From positions 211,627-275,626 of the forward strand of contig JAHBWE010000017.1 in NCBI GenBank assembly GCA_019637155.1: a stretch of 64,000 nt of DNA, read 5' to 3'. Below the pieces are notes generated by a model. The model had not been told where the DNA came from, made no database searches, and worked only from the letters and a program-made list of their open reading frames with translations. Position 1 is the first letter of the stretch; each line of letters begins with the position of its first letter. The stretch comes from Labilithrix sp. Lineage in GTDB: Bacteria > Myxococcota_A > Polyangia > Polyangiales > Polyangiaceae. The position numbers were made by a program, and so were the translations under genes. Of the stretch, positions 37,353-48,153 are shown in pieces.

Positions 37353-38042
37353 ATGGAGTGTCGTCGCGTCGCGGTCGTCGTCGCCCTTGGCGTGCTCGCG
37401 CTCGTCGCGGCGTCGTGCGACGAGCATCTTCCGGCGCGCCTCGACCGGCCCGGCGCCGCGCCACCGGACGCGGGCGGCGTCGACGCGGATCCCCCGGTCG
37501 ACGCCGGCGCCGACGCGCCGGTCGACGCGGCGGACGACGTCCTCGTGGTGCCGCTCGACGGCGGGCCGTGCAACGTCCGCGTCGACGCGCCGCCGATCAC
37601 GGGCGCGAACCACGTCGCCGTGGGGACGCCGATCGTGTACGCGTCGAACCCGCCTTCGAGCGGCGAGCACTACGGGGCGTGGGCGAACTTCCAGGAGTAT
37701 AGCCGCGAGATCGACGACGGCTACCTCGTCCACAGCATGGAGCACGGCGCGGTGGTCCTCTTCTACGAGTGCGACGACGACGCGAGCGCGGCCTGCGCCG
37801 ACATGGTCACGCAGCTCCGCGCCGTCCGCGCCGCGGTGCCGACCGATCCGTCGTGCAGCGAGGCGATCCGCGTCCGCGTGATCATCGCGCCGCGCTCGTC
37901 GAACGACGTCCCCGTCGCCGCCGCCGCGTGGGGCCACACCTACCGCGCCGACTGCGTCGACCCCCTCACGCTCGGCGCCTTCATCCAGGCTCACTACGCG
38001 AAGGCCCCCGAGGACTTCTGCTTCGCGGGCAGCGTGTTCTAG
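37353..38042 (+). CDS. DUF3105-family lipoprotein.
   Basis: MECRRVAVVVALGVLALVAASC. The conserved PPSSGEHYGAWANFQEY and HSMEHGAVV motifs are present. Confidence 0.7.
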   Translation: MECRRVAVVVALGVLALVAASCDEHLPARLDRPGAAPPDAGGVDADPPVDAGADAPVDAADDVLVVPLDGGPCNVRVDAPPITGANHVAVGTPIVYASNPPSSGEHYGAWANFQEYSREIDDGYLVHSMEHGAVVLFYECDDDASAACADMVTQLRAVRAAVPTDPSCSEAIRVRVIIAPRSSNDVPVAAAAWGHTYRADCVDPLTLGAFIQAHYAKAPEDFCFAGSVF

Positions 38043-38152
38043 GGGTGCAGCATTCCGGCGGCGGCGGCGCGGAAATCTGAAATGAAAGCGCGCCCCGAGA
38101 AATCCGCGGGCGTGCGGTTGCGCGGCCCACATCGTCGTACATAGATACTCTC

Positions 38153-39331
38153 ATGTTTTCATGCTCGCGCGGGTGGATGTGGACGTGCCTTCTTCCTCTC
38201 GCCCTCGCGGGCAGCGCCTGCGTGGCGGACGACGGCGACGCCGACGCCGACGGCGCGGACGAAGGCGCGATCGCGAACGGGACGCGCGAAGAGGGGCGCG
38301 TGCCCGTCGCGTCGTACGGCACCGTGTGCACGGCGACGTTCGTCTCGCGCGCGCGCTGCCTCATCACGGCGGCGCACTGCAGCGGCGGGTCGCTCCAGAT
38401 GGGGCCGGACGTGAACGTCGGGCTCTCCGACCCGCGCCTCAAGACGACGTTCAGCGCGCGCAGCCTCTCGCTCCGCGACTCGACCCCGCTCCCGCGCTAC
38501 GCCGGCGGCTCCTTCGACTGGAGCCCCGCCGACGACATCAAGATCCTCTGGGCGTCGGCCTCCGCGAGCCCCGGTCCGCGCACGGTCGATCACCGGAGCG
38601 ACTACAGGCCGATCCCGCTCGACTTCTCCACCCCCGTGCGGAACGACCCGTACACGATCCACGGCTACGGCTTCAACGTGTGCGACGAGACCGGCGACGG
38701 CGTCCTCCGCTACGGCTTCTTCCGCGGCGGCAACGTCACGAACTCCACCGGCGGCGCGATCCCCGGCGTGCGCGTCGCGAGCACGCCGACGCTCCTTCGC
38801 CTCAGCGGGAGCAACGGCCGCTACGGGATCTGCCAGGGCGACAGCGGCGCGTCGGTGCGCTCGAACCTCGGCGTCCGCGGCGTCATCGGCTGGAGCCTCA
38901 ACGGCTCGAACGACGGCTACGCCACGACCCTCGCGCCCTACCGCCCGTGGTTCGAGCGCAACGTGCTCGGCGCGGGGGCGCGCTTCTGCAACCCGAGCTG
39001 GCCCGTCGTCGTGCGAGGGCCCGGCGCGGTCGACCTCGCGATCGAGGGCGGCGTGGTCGCGCGCCACCGCACGACCGGCGGCGACGTGAACCCGTGGGAC
39101 GCGAACGCGATCGAGTCCGCGGGCGCGACCGGCCTCGCGGCGACGAACGGCGCGGCGGTGCGCGTGCGCGGCAACGATCCGCTCGCGCCGGTGCGCCTCC
39201 GCGTCACGACGCGCGCGAACGTGACGTGGCCCGCCGGCCAGTGCGTCGAGTCGACGAGCACGACCTGCACGGTGACGCTCGATCCCACCGTCGAGGACCG
39301 CACGGAGCTCACGTTCGCGGCGGCGCCCTGA
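38153..39331 (+). CDS. Secreted trypsin-like (S1) serine protease with a C-terminal extension.
   Basis: Signal peptide with lipobox-like LAGSAC. Catalytic His motif CLITAAHC. Catalytic Ser motif CQGDSGAS. Confidence 0.8.
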   Translation: MFSCSRGWMWTCLLPLALAGSACVADDGDADADGADEGAIANGTREEGRVPVASYGTVCTATFVSRARCLITAAHCSGGSLQMGPDVNVGLSDPRLKTTFSARSLSLRDSTPLPRYAGGSFDWSPADDIKILWASASASPGPRTVDHRSDYRPIPLDFSTPVRNDPYTIHGYGFNVCDETGDGVLRYGFFRGGNVTNSTGGAIPGVRVASTPTLLRLSGSNGRYGICQGDSGASVRSNLGVRGVIGWSLNGSNDGYATTLAPYRPWFERNVLGAGARFCNPSWPVVVRGPGAVDLAIEGGVVARHRTTGGDVNPWDANAIESAGATGLAATNGAAVRVRGNDPLAPVRLRVTTRANVTWPAGQCVESTSTTCTVTLDPTVEDRTELTFAAAP

Positions 39332-40754
39332 GCTCACGCCGGAGCGCGCTCCTGGCGGCGTGATAGCCACACATCCCGTGGACCCCTGCCCCCGGCGGCG
39401 TCGACGAGGAGCATAGATAAATACCCCGCGCCGGCGTCGAATACGGATCGCACGCCGGCACGGGCCTGAAGAAGAGCGAGCCGAGCCCGCCGCTGATGTC
39501 GCCGCCGGCGAAATTGGCGTCATGCGCTTCGAGCTCGCGCGGCCCGAGCACCGCGCGCGCGAGGACGACGTCGCGGAAGCCGGGCGCGAATCGCTCTATC
39601 TGCGCTTCGATAGCCTCTCTCATATCCAAAGTAGAGCCGTTCGGTACATGGCAATACGCCCAGAGCGTATGCCGCTCCGGCGGGGCGCGCGTGTCGTCGA
39701 AGAGGCTCGGCTGCGCGACGAGGACGAAGGGGCGCTCGGGGTGCTCGCCGCGCGTGACGGCCGCCTCCGCCGCCGCGATCTCCTCGAACGTCCCGCCGAC
39801 GTGCACCGTCCCCGCGCGCCGGCACTCCTCCGCCCGCCACGGCACCGGCGCGCGGAGCGCATAGTCGATCTTGAAGGCGCCGGGACCGCGCTCCCAGCGG
39901 CGGAGGCGCGCGCGGTAGCGCTCCGGCAGCCGCGCCGCCGCGACCTGCTCCAGGATCGCCGGCGACGTGTCGAACAGCACCGCGCGCGCGGCGAGCGAAT
40001 CCAGGTCCCGGACGCGCACGCCGCCGGTGACCTCGCCGCCGTGCGTCCGCAGCACCGAGACGAGCGCCTCCGCGATCCGCTGCGAGCCGCCGCGCGCGAA
40101 CGGCCAGCCGCACGCGTGCGCCGACGCGGCGAGGAGGAGCGCAAACGACGCTGTGAACGGCGCGTCGAGCGGCAAGAACGAGTGCGCCGCGAGCCCGGCG
40201 AAGAGGGCCCGCGCCCGCGCGCCCTCGAAGGCGCCGCGCGCGAGCATGCGCGCGGAGAGCGCGGCGCGGAGCCCGAACCGCGCGAGCTTCAGCGGATGCC
40301 GCGGCACGTGCAACACCGGCGCGAGAACGTCGCCGGCGAGCGCGCGAAGGTCCCGCGCGAGCGGCCGGATCACGATGCGGTACGCCGCGCCGTCGCCGCC
40401 CAGCGCGCGCGCCGTCTCGTCGACCGACGCGAAGAGCGCGCCCGCGCCGCCGTCGTCGAGCGGGTGCGCGACCGCGATCGGCGGCTGCGCCCAGCGGAGC
40501 CCGTGCTCCGCGAGCGGGAGCGTCGCGAAGAACGGCGACAGCACCGCGAAGGGATGCACCGCCGAGCAGACGTCGTGGCGATACCCCGGCTCCGTGAGCG
40601 CGGCCGTGCGCGTCCCGCCGCCGATCGTGGGCTCCGCCTCGAGGACGCGGACGCGGACGCCCGCGCGGGCGAGCACGATCGCGGCAGCGAGGCCGTTCGG
40701 CCCACTGCCGACCACGACCGCGTCGTCGTTACCGCGAGTGTGGCGCTGACCCAT
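39309..40754 (-). CDS. FAD-dependent oxidoreductase, phytoene-desaturase (CrtI/CrtD-like) family.
   Basis: N-terminal DAVVVGSGPNGLAAAIVLARAG. C-terminal CrtI-like block GIYLCSSSTPPGAGVHGMCGYHAA. Confidence 0.75.
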   Translation of the reverse strand: MGQRHTRGNDDAVVVGSGPNGLAAAIVLARAGVRVRVLEAEPTIGGGTRTAALTEPGYRHDVCSAVHPFAVLSPFFATLPLAEHGLRWAQPPIAVAHPLDDGGAGALFASVDETARALGGDGAAYRIVIRPLARDLRALAGDVLAPVLHVPRHPLKLARFGLRAALSARMLARGAFEGARARALFAGLAAHSFLPLDAPFTASFALLLAASAHACGWPFARGGSQRIAEALVSVLRTHGGEVTGGVRVRDLDSLAARAVLFDTSPAILEQVAAARLPERYRARLRRWERGPGAFKIDYALRAPVPWRAEECRRAGTVHVGGTFEEIAAAEAAVTRGEHPERPFVLVAQPSLFDDTRAPPERHTLWAYCHVPNGSTLDMREAIEAQIERFAPGFRDVVLARAVLGPRELEAHDANFAGGDISGGLGSLFFRPVPACDPYSTPARGIYLCSSSTPPGAGVHGMCGYHAARSALRRELRAPPRT

Positions 40755-41826
40755 CGCCTGCAGCATCTGCACGCGGGGGGCCAACGGTGAGGACCAGCTT
40801 GCCGGTCGTGGTGCCGCTCTCGATCGCGCGGTGCGCGTCGGCGACGGCGTCGAACGGGAACGCGCGCGTCGCGGGCGGCGTGATCGCGCCGCGGTCGGCG
40901 AGCGCCATCAGGCGCGCCCTCGCCTCGTCGATGAGCGCGCGCTCCTCGAACAGGTAGCTCAGGTTGAACGCCATCACGCTCTTGTTGTCGTTCGTGAGGT
41001 CGAGCGGGTTGAACCGCGGCGTGCGGAGCCAGTCGAGCGCGAGCTTCGGCCAGCTCGGGGTGCCCGGGCCGCCGCGCCGCATCATCGTGTGGAACCCGTA
41101 GACGACGAGGCGCCCGGTCGGACGGAGGTGCTCGTAGCTCCCTGCGAGCGTCTCGACGCCGTTCGCGTCGAGCACGACGTCGTAGCCCTTCGGCGCGTAC
41201 CGCTCCGCCGCCGCCCAGAGGTCCTCGCTACTCTTGTCGATCACGTGCTCCGCGCCCTGCTCCTTCGCGACCTTGACCTTGTGCGGCGCGCCGACGACGC
41301 CGATCGCGCGGAGCTCGTACGCGCGCGCGAGCTGGAGGAGCGCGGTGCCGACGCCGCCGGCGGCGGAGTGGACGAGGAGCGAGGCGCCCTTCCGCGGGTG
41401 CGCGAGCTCCGAGAGCGCGTAGTCCGCGGTGAAGAACACGACCGCGAAGCCCGCCGCCGCTTCCATCGACCACGCCGCGGGGAAGCCGAACGCCTGATGC
41501 TCGGGAACGACCACGCTCGTCGCGTAGCCGTCGAAGCGCGTGAGCCCGATCACGCGATCGCCGACGCGGTGCCGCGTGACGCCCTCGCCCACGCGATCGA
41601 CGCGCCCCGCGACCTCGAAGCCCGGCGTGATCGGCCAGCCGACGTACTCCTTCGCCGACGCGTAGAGGCCCATCCGCACGATGCAGTCGGCGAAGTTCAC
41701 GCCGATCGCCTCCACCGCGATGCGGACCTCGCCCTGCGCCGGCTCGCGCGCGGCGACCTCCTCGATCTCGAGCTTCTCGTAGCCCCCCGCGGAGCGGATC
41801 CGGACGCGCTTCACGATGACGAACAT
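40729..41826 (-). CDS. Zn-independent MDR-family quinone oxidoreductase / alcohol dehydrogenase.
   Basis: ATG at 41826 (MFVIVKRV). NAD-binding LVHSAAGGVGTALLQLA. Confidence 0.8.
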   Translation of the reverse strand: MFVIVKRVRIRSAGGYEKLEIEEVAAREPAQGEVRIAVEAIGVNFADCIVRMGLYASAKEYVGWPITPGFEVAGRVDRVGEGVTRHRVGDRVIGLTRFDGYATSVVVPEHQAFGFPAAWSMEAAAGFAVVFFTADYALSELAHPRKGASLLVHSAAGGVGTALLQLARAYELRAIGVVGAPHKVKVAKEQGAEHVIDKSSEDLWAAAERYAPKGYDVVLDANGVETLAGSYEHLRPTGRLVVYGFHTMMRRGGPGTPSWPKLALDWLRTPRFNPLDLTNDNKSVMAFNLSYLFEERALIDEARARLMALADRGAITPPATRAFPFDAVADAHRAIESGTTTGKLVLTVGPPRADAAGDGSAPHSR

Positions 41827-41875
41827 TATGCGCGCCTCGCGCCCGCGTCGCGTCGCATTCGGATACCTTGCGGCG

Positions 41876-44800
41876 ATGGAGCTCGCGACCCTCGAACAGC
41901 TCGCGCTCGGCGATCGCGCCGCCGCGCTCGCCACGCTGCTGCCCGGCACGGTGGATCACGACTACTGGCGCGGCGTCCTCCTCCAGCACGACGGGCGCCT
42001 CGACGAGGTCGACGCGCTCCTCGCGAGCTGGGAGGACCGCCACGGCCGGCAAGAGCAGCGCTACGTCACCCTCGCGCGACGCCAGCTCCTCCTCAAGATG
42101 CAGCGCGATCTGCCGGCGGCCTCCGAGGAGGTCCGGCGCGAGACCGACACGAGGCTCGACGATCGCGCCGAGGTCGTCGCGCAGGCGCAGCGCTTCCCGA
42201 CGCGGCTCGACCCGCTCGACGACCGCGCCGTCCTCGCCGACGCGCTGCGGCGGCGCCAGAACCTCGACGACGTCACCGACGCCGCGCTGCCGGACCTCCT
42301 GCGCGATCCCTCGTTCGACGCGCGGCGGTACCGGCGTCCGCTGCTCGCGCGCCTCCGCCGCGCCGACCTCCCGCGCGTGCTCGACCTCGTCGCGGACGAC
42401 CTCGTCGACAAGAACGGATCGAGCGGGCGCTTCGGCGCGCTCGCCATCCACTCGCTCCTGACGCTCGCGCAGCTCCACGACCTCGCGGCGCGCCTCTCGT
42501 GGCTGCGCGAGCAACGTTCGTGGGTCGACGCCGTCCTCGCGCGCCTCGCCCCTCCTTCGTGGATCGACGTGCGCGTCGATCGCGACGAGCGCGCCCGGCT
42601 CCTCGAGCGCGCGCTCGCGTTCGCGGAGCCGCTCGCGCCCGCGTTCAACACGCTGAAGGCGACCCTCCTCTACCATCGCCTCGAGCTCGATCGCGAAGCC
42701 GGCATCTACGATCGCCAGCGCTTCCGCGCCTACCTCGAGCTCCCGCGCGTCGCGGAGTGGGTCCTCCGCGCGCGCGTCGAGTCGGTCCCGCAGGACCGCT
42801 TCGTCGTCCCCGGCAACGCCGCCGCCGGCGCGCTCGGGCTCTCCGAGATCGGAGACGACGCGCCGCTCGTCCGCGACTACCTCGCGCGCTTCCTCGAAGG
42901 CGAGGACCCGAGCGCGTTCAGCGACCTCCTCGATCGCGACTGGCTCGCGCGCCACTGGGCCGCGACGCGCCTCCTCGCCGGAGCGAGCGGCGCGGAGGCG
43001 GAGCGCTGCGCGAAGGTGCTCGCCGCGGGCGAGCGCGAGGCGCTGCGCGATCGCGTCGACATCGAGCTCGCGCCGCAGAACCCGCGCACCTACGGCGCGG
43101 ACGACGACGTCGCGCTCGACGTCGACGTGAAGAACGTCCCCGAGCTCGAGGTGAAGGTGTTCCGCATCGACGCGCTCGCGTACTGGATCGCGCGGAGCGC
43201 CGAGGTCGACACGAGCATCGACCTCGACGGCATGGTCGCGAGCGGCGCGGAGAAGAAGCTCGCCTTCGATGACCCGCCGATCCGCCGCCGCCGCATCCGC
43301 GTCGAGCTGCCCGAGTGCAAGGTGCCCGGCACGTACGTCGTCGAGCTGATCGGCAACGGCCGCTCGAGCCGCGCGCTCGTGCGAAAGGGCTCGCTCCGCC
43401 ACCTCGCGCGCACGACCGCGGCCGGGACGAGCGTGACGATCACGGACGAGCGCGGCGCGCCGCTCCCGGCCGCGCGGCTGTGGCTCGGCGCGCGCGAGCT
43501 CACCCCGCGCGACCCCGCCGAGGGCGGCGGGATCACGATCCCGTTCGCGACGAGCGGCGGGGTCGTCGCCGCGCTCCTCGTCCATGGAAGCGTCGTCCAG
43601 CGCATCACGATCGATCGCCCGTACGAGCAGCCCGTCCTCGCCGCCGGCTTCCACGTCGAGCGCGAGTCGCTCGTCGCGAACCAGGACGCGCGCCTCCTCT
43701 GCCGGCCGAAGCTCACCCTCGGCGGCGCGCCGGTCTCGCTCGCGCTGGTCGAGGACGCGCGGATCGAGATCACGGCGTCGGACCTCTCCGGCACCTCCAC
43801 CTCGCGCACGCAGCCCGTCGTCCTGCGCGACGACGAGGACGTCACGGTCGATCTCAACGTCCCCGACGGCACGATCCAGCTCTCGCTCCAGCTCCGCGGC
43901 CGCGTCCGCGTCGCGTCGCGGCAAGAGACGGTCGAGGTCGCGGACGGCGCGTACGGTCCGCTCAACGTCATCCAGTCGACCGAGATCACGTCGTCGCTGC
44001 ACCTCGCGCGCGTCGCGTCGGCGCCGGGAGAGGATCGCTTCGTCCTCTCCTTCCTCGGGAAGACGGGCGAGCCGCTCGCCGGCCGCGCGATCGCGATCGC
44101 GCTCCAGCATCGCATCACCGCGACGCTGCTCCAGACCACGCTCGAGACCGACGAGCGCGGCGAGATCGACCTCGGGCCGCTCGCGGGCAAGGTCATGCGC
44201 GTCGTCGCGACGTGGCCGGTCGGGCAGCGCACCTTCTGGCTCGGCGCCGCGGCCGAGGTCCCGCCTCCCGCGGTCCACGCGCTCGAGGGCGAGCCGATCG
44301 TCCTGCCGCGCCCGCGCGAGACGCGCTCCGTCCTCGATCTCTCGCTCATGGCCGTGCGCCAGGGCGCGAACGTCGGCGACGAGAGCGCGCACGCCTCGCT
44401 CGTCGACCGAACGATCGCGATCGAAGGCCTCGCCGCCGGCGACTATCGACTCGACGTCGACGGCGCGACGACGGCGATCACGGTCGTCCCGCGCGCCGGC
44501 GAGGTCCACGCCGCCGCGCACCCGTCGGCCGCCGCGCGCGCGTGGGTCCAGGCCGGCGAGATGCTCCTCGAGCTCCCGCCTCCGCTCCCCGTCGTGCGCC
44601 GGCTCGAGGCCGACGGCGACGCGCTCGTCCTCCACGTCGCGAACGCGACGCCGTCGACGCGCGTGCACTTCGTCGCGACGCGCTTCCTCGCCGATCCCGT
44701 CATCGCGCCCTCGGGCACGCCGCCGCGACCGCGCGCGCCGCTCGCGTTCCGCGCCGAGCGCGCGACGGCGCGCTACGTCTCGGGCCGCGACATCGGCGAC

Positions 44801-47800
44801 GAGTACCGCTACGTCCTCGAGCGGCGGAAGGCGCAGCGCCGGCCGGGCATGATGCTCGAGAAGCCGAGCCTCCTCCTCCACCCGTGGCCGCTCCGCACCA
44901 CCTCGACCAAGCGGCAGGAGGCCGCGAGCGGCGGCGTCTACGCGGCCGCCCCTCCGCCGCCGCCGGGGCCGGCCATGCGCCCCGCGCCCTCGATGCCGGC
45001 GCGCGCGATGCGCAGCATCGCGCCACAACGCGAACGCAGCGCGACGGAGCAGCCCGGGTTCCCGACGGTCGACTTCCTGCCCGCGAGCGCGGTCGTGCTC
45101 TCGAACCTCCGCCCCGACGCGGACGGCGTCGTGCGCGTGCCGCGCGCGGACCTCGGCGCGAGCGCGCAGCTGCTGCTCGCGTTCGTGCTCGATCCCTCGC
45201 TCCCGGCGCCGCTCCACGCCGACGTCGCGCTCCCGCCCGCTCCGCTCCGCGCGCGCGATCTCCGCCTCAAGCTCGCGCTCGATCCCGCGCGTCACTTCGC
45301 CGAGCAGCGCCGCATCGACGGCGCCCCCGCCGGCACGCCCCTCGTCGTGCCCGACGTGCGGAGCGGGAAGATCGAGCTCGTCGACACGCTCGCGCGCGCG
45401 CATCAGCTCCTGACGACGCTCACCTCCGACCCGACGGAGCTCCGCGAGCTCTCGTTCGTCACGGAGTGGGCGGCGCTCGACGAGGCGACGCGGCGCGCGC
45501 GCTACAGCAAGTACGCGTGCCACGAGCTACACCTCTTCCTCTGGAAGAAGGACCGCGCCTTCTTCGACGCGGTCGTGCGCCCCGCGCTCGCGAACAAGCG
45601 CGAGAAGGCGTTCGTCGATCGCTTCCTCCTCGGCGCCGACCTCGGATCGTTCCTCGAGCCGTGGGCGTTCGGTCGCCTGAACACGGTCGAGCGCATCCTC
45701 CTCGCCTCGGCGGTGCCCTCCCTCCGCCCGTCGCTCGCGCGCCTCGTCGGCGACACCGTCGACCTGACGCCGCCCGATCCCGAGCGCGACGCGCGGCTCG
45801 TCGCGACTCTCCTCGGCGCCGCGGCGCTCGAGGAGGGCGGGGGCGAGCTCGCCGAAGCGGCCCCGGAGATGGCCTTCCTCGAAGAGCGCTCGGCCTACGA
45901 CGAGGACGAGGCGCCGAAGCGCAAGAAGGGAGGGCGCGCGCGCCAGGAGGGCGACACCGATCGTCCCGTCGCGATCGGTGGTCCTGGCGGCGGCGGCGCC
46001 GACGGCCTCCGCTCCGACCTCCTCGAGCGCAAGCGCGCCGCGCCGCTCTACCGCGGCGCCGACAAGACGCAGGAGTGGGCCGAGGTCCAGTGGTGGAAGC
46101 GGCGGCGTGACGAGATCGACGAGTCGCTCATCGCGCCGAACCGCTTCTGGCGCGACCTCGCCGAGCACGTCCGCGCCGGCGGCGACGGCCCGTTCCTCTC
46201 CCCTCACGTCGGCGACTGCGCGGCGAGCTTCGCCGAGGCGATGTGCGCGCTCGCGTTCCTCGACCTGCCGTTCGTCGCGGCGAAGCACACGACCGAGCTC
46301 GAGGAGACGCGCCTCACCGTGGTCCCGGCGAGCCACGCCCTCGCCGCGCGGTCGTCGCTCGTCGAGATCGCCGCGCGCGCCAAGGACGCGCCGCCGCCCG
46401 CCGTCCTCGTCGGTCAGAGCTACGTGCGGAGCGACGATCGCTGGGAGTGGGACGGCGCGGAGCAGCGCGAGAAGCGCGTCGCGGGCGAGATGATCGCCGG
46501 CGTCGTCTACCGCTGCCTCGTCGTCGTCACGAACCCGACGAGCGCGAGCGAGAAGCTCGACGTGCTGATGCAGATCCCGAAGGGCGCGCTCCCGGTCGCG
46601 AGCGGTTTCCTCACCCGCACGGTGACGGTCCACCTCTCGCCCTACGGCACGCAGTCGCTCGAATACGCCTTCTATTTCCCCCTCCCCGGCCGCTTCTCGC
46701 ATTTCCCGGCCCACGTCACGCGGGGCGGCGCGCTCCTCGTCGCGGCGGAAGCTCGCGAGCTCGAGGTCGTGCGCGAGCCCTCCACCGTGGACCAGGCCTC
46801 GTGGTCGCACGTCTCCCAGCGCGGCTCCCTCGCCGAGGTGCTCGCGTTCCTCGAGGGCGCGAACCTCGGGCGCGTCGACCTCGAGCGCGTCGCCTGGCGC
46901 ATGCACGATCGCGAGGCGTTCACGCGCGTCACCGAGCTCCTCGCCGCGCGCCGCGTCTACGACGATCGCCTCTGGGCCTACGCGCTCTTGCACCACGACC
47001 GCGGTCGCGCCGGCGAGTGGCTGCGGCATCAGGAGGACTTCCTCCGCGAGGGGGGCCCGGAGCTCGACGGCGTCGTCGATCCGGTCGAGCGCGCGTGGTT
47101 CCAGCACCTCGAGTACGCGCCGCTCATCAACGCGCGCGCGCATCGCCTCGGCGCGCAGCGGCGCATCCTCAACGACGGGCTCGACGCGCAGTACCGCGCC
47201 TTCCTCGACGTCGTGGCGCACCGCGCGAAGCCGGCGAGCGACGCGCTCCTCGCGGCGGCGCACTACCTCCTCTGCATGGACCGCGTCGAGGACGCGATCG
47301 CCTTGCTCGATCGCGTCCGCCCCGGCGAGATCGAGGCGAAGCTGCAGCACGACTACCTCGCGGCGTACGTCGCCTGCTACCGCGGCGACCTCGCGGCGGC
47401 GCGCCGCCTCGCGACGCCGTGGGCGACCGTCGCGATCGATCGCTGGCGCAGCCGCTACGGCGCGCTCGTGGAGATGCTCGACGAGGTCGAGGGCACCGGC
47501 GCCCCGCCGCCGGAGGCCACCTCCGTCGACGCCGATCAGCGCGACCGGCAGATGACGCAGGCGGCGGCGCGCCAGGCGTCGCTCGACATCGCGGTCCGCG
47601 GCGGCGACATCACGATCACGCACGCGAACCTCGCCGAATGCCGAGTTCGATTCTTCAAGATGGATATCGAGCTCGTCTTCTCGCGCCAGCCGTTCGTCCA
47701 GAGCGACGTCGACCGATTCTCGTTCATCGAGCCGGGCCTCGTCCTCGACGTCGCGCTCACCGCCGGCGCGGCGACGACGGCGGTGCCGATCCCGCCGTCC

Positions 47801-48148
47801 CTCCACGGCGCGAACCTCGTCATCGAGGCGGTCGCGCCGGGCCTCCGCCGCTCCGTCGCGCACTACGCGCACGACCTCGGCGTCCAGGTCGCGCACGCGT
47901 TCGGCCAGCTGCGCGTCGTCCGCGCGTCCACCGGCGCGTCGCTCCCGGCGGTGTACGTGAAGGTCTACGGCCGCGAGCGCGGCGGCCGCGTCGCGTTCTT
48001 CAAGGACGGCTACACGGACCTCCGCGGCCGCCTCGACTACGCGACGCTCTCGACCGACGACCTCGATCGCGTCGAGCGCTTCGCGATCCTCGTCGCGTCC
48101 GACGACGCGGGCGCGACGATCGTCGAGGCCCCACCTCCGACCCGCTGA
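41876..48148 (+). CDS. Giant conserved hypothetical protein, about 2090 to 2110 aa. No signal peptide and no P-loop.
   Basis: 6.3 kb without stops. Composition is protein-like throughout: N-terminal helical region, then repeated beta-rich segments, then a second helical region. All overlapping frames are Arg/Ala-rich junk. Start is uncertain (ATG candidates at 41816, 41828 and 41876). Confidence 0.7.
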   Translation: MELATLEQLALGDRAAALATLLPGTVDHDYWRGVLLQHDGRLDEVDALLASWEDRHGRQEQRYVTLARRQLLLKMQRDLPAASEEVRRETDTRLDDRAEVVAQAQRFPTRLDPLDDRAVLADALRRRQNLDDVTDAALPDLLRDPSFDARRYRRPLLARLRRADLPRVLDLVADDLVDKNGSSGRFGALAIHSLLTLAQLHDLAARLSWLREQRSWVDAVLARLAPPSWIDVRVDRDERARLLERALAFAEPLAPAFNTLKATLLYHRLELDREAGIYDRQRFRAYLELPRVAEWVLRARVESVPQDRFVVPGNAAAGALGLSEIGDDAPLVRDYLARFLEGEDPSAFSDLLDRDWLARHWAATRLLAGASGAEAERCAKVLAAGEREALRDRVDIELAPQNPRTYGADDDVALDVDVKNVPELEVKVFRIDALAYWIARSAEVDTSIDLDGMVASGAEKKLAFDDPPIRRRRIRVELPECKVPGTYVVELIGNGRSSRALVRKGSLRHLARTTAAGTSVTITDERGAPLPAARLWLGARELTPRDPAEGGGITIPFATSGGVVAALLVHGSVVQRITIDRPYEQPVLAAGFHVERESLVANQDARLLCRPKLTLGGAPVSLALVEDARIEITASDLSGTSTSRTQPVVLRDDEDVTVDLNVPDGTIQLSLQLRGRVRVASRQETVEVADGAYGPLNVIQSTEITSSLHLARVASAPGEDRFVLSFLGKTGEPLAGRAIAIALQHRITATLLQTTLETDERGEIDLGPLAGKVMRVVATWPVGQRTFWLGAAAEVPPPAVHALEGEPIVLPRPRETRSVLDLSLMAVRQGANVGDESAHASLVDRTIAIEGLAAGDYRLDVDGATTAITVVPRAGEVHAAAHPSAAARAWVQAGEMLLELPPPLPVVRRLEADGDALVLHVANATPSTRVHFVATRFLADPVIAPSGTPPRPRAPLAFRAERATARYVSGRDIGDEYRYVLERRKAQRRPGMMLEKPSLLLHPWPLRTTSTKRQEAASGGVYAAAPPPPPGPAMRPAPSMPARAMRSIAPQRERSATEQPGFPTVDFLPASAVVLSNLRPDADGVVRVPRADLGASAQLLLAFVLDPSLPAPLHADVALPPAPLRARDLRLKLALDPARHFAEQRRIDGAPAGTPLVVPDVRSGKIELVDTLARAHQLLTTLTSDPTELRELSFVTEWAALDEATRRARYSKYACHELHLFLWKKDRAFFDAVVRPALANKREKAFVDRFLLGADLGSFLEPWAFGRLNTVERILLASAVPSLRPSLARLVGDTVDLTPPDPERDARLVATLLGAAALEEGGGELAEAAPEMAFLEERSAYDEDEAPKRKKGGRARQEGDTDRPVAIGGPGGGGADGLRSDLLERKRAAPLYRGADKTQEWAEVQWWKRRRDEIDESLIAPNRFWRDLAEHVRAGGDGPFLSPHVGDCAASFAEAMCALAFLDLPFVAAKHTTELEETRLTVVPASHALAARSSLVEIAARAKDAPPPAVLVGQSYVRSDDRWEWDGAEQREKRVAGEMIAGVVYRCLVVVTNPTSASEKLDVLMQIPKGALPVASGFLTRTVTVHLSPYGTQSLEYAFYFPLPGRFSHFPAHVTRGGALLVAAEARELEVVREPSTVDQASWSHVSQRGSLAEVLAFLEGANLGRVDLERVAWRMHDREAFTRVTELLAARRVYDDRLWAYALLHHDRGRAGEWLRHQEDFLREGGPELDGVVDPVERAWFQHLEYAPLINARAHRLGAQRRILNDGLDAQYRAFLDVVAHRAKPASDALLAAAHYLLCMDRVEDAIALLDRVRPGEIEAKLQHDYLAAYVACYRGDLAAARRLATPWATVAIDRWRSRYGALVEMLDEVEGTGAPPPEATSVDADQRDRQMTQAAARQASLDIAVRGGDITITHANLAECRVRFFKMDIELVFSRQPFVQSDVDRFSFIEPGLVLDVALTAGAATTAVPIPPSLHGANLVIEAVAPGLRRSVAHYAHDLGVQVAHAFGQLRVVRASTGASLPAVYVKVYGRERGGRVAFFKDGYTDLRGRLDYATLSTDDLDRVERFAILVASDDAGATIVEAPPPTR

Positions 48149-48153
48149 CCACC

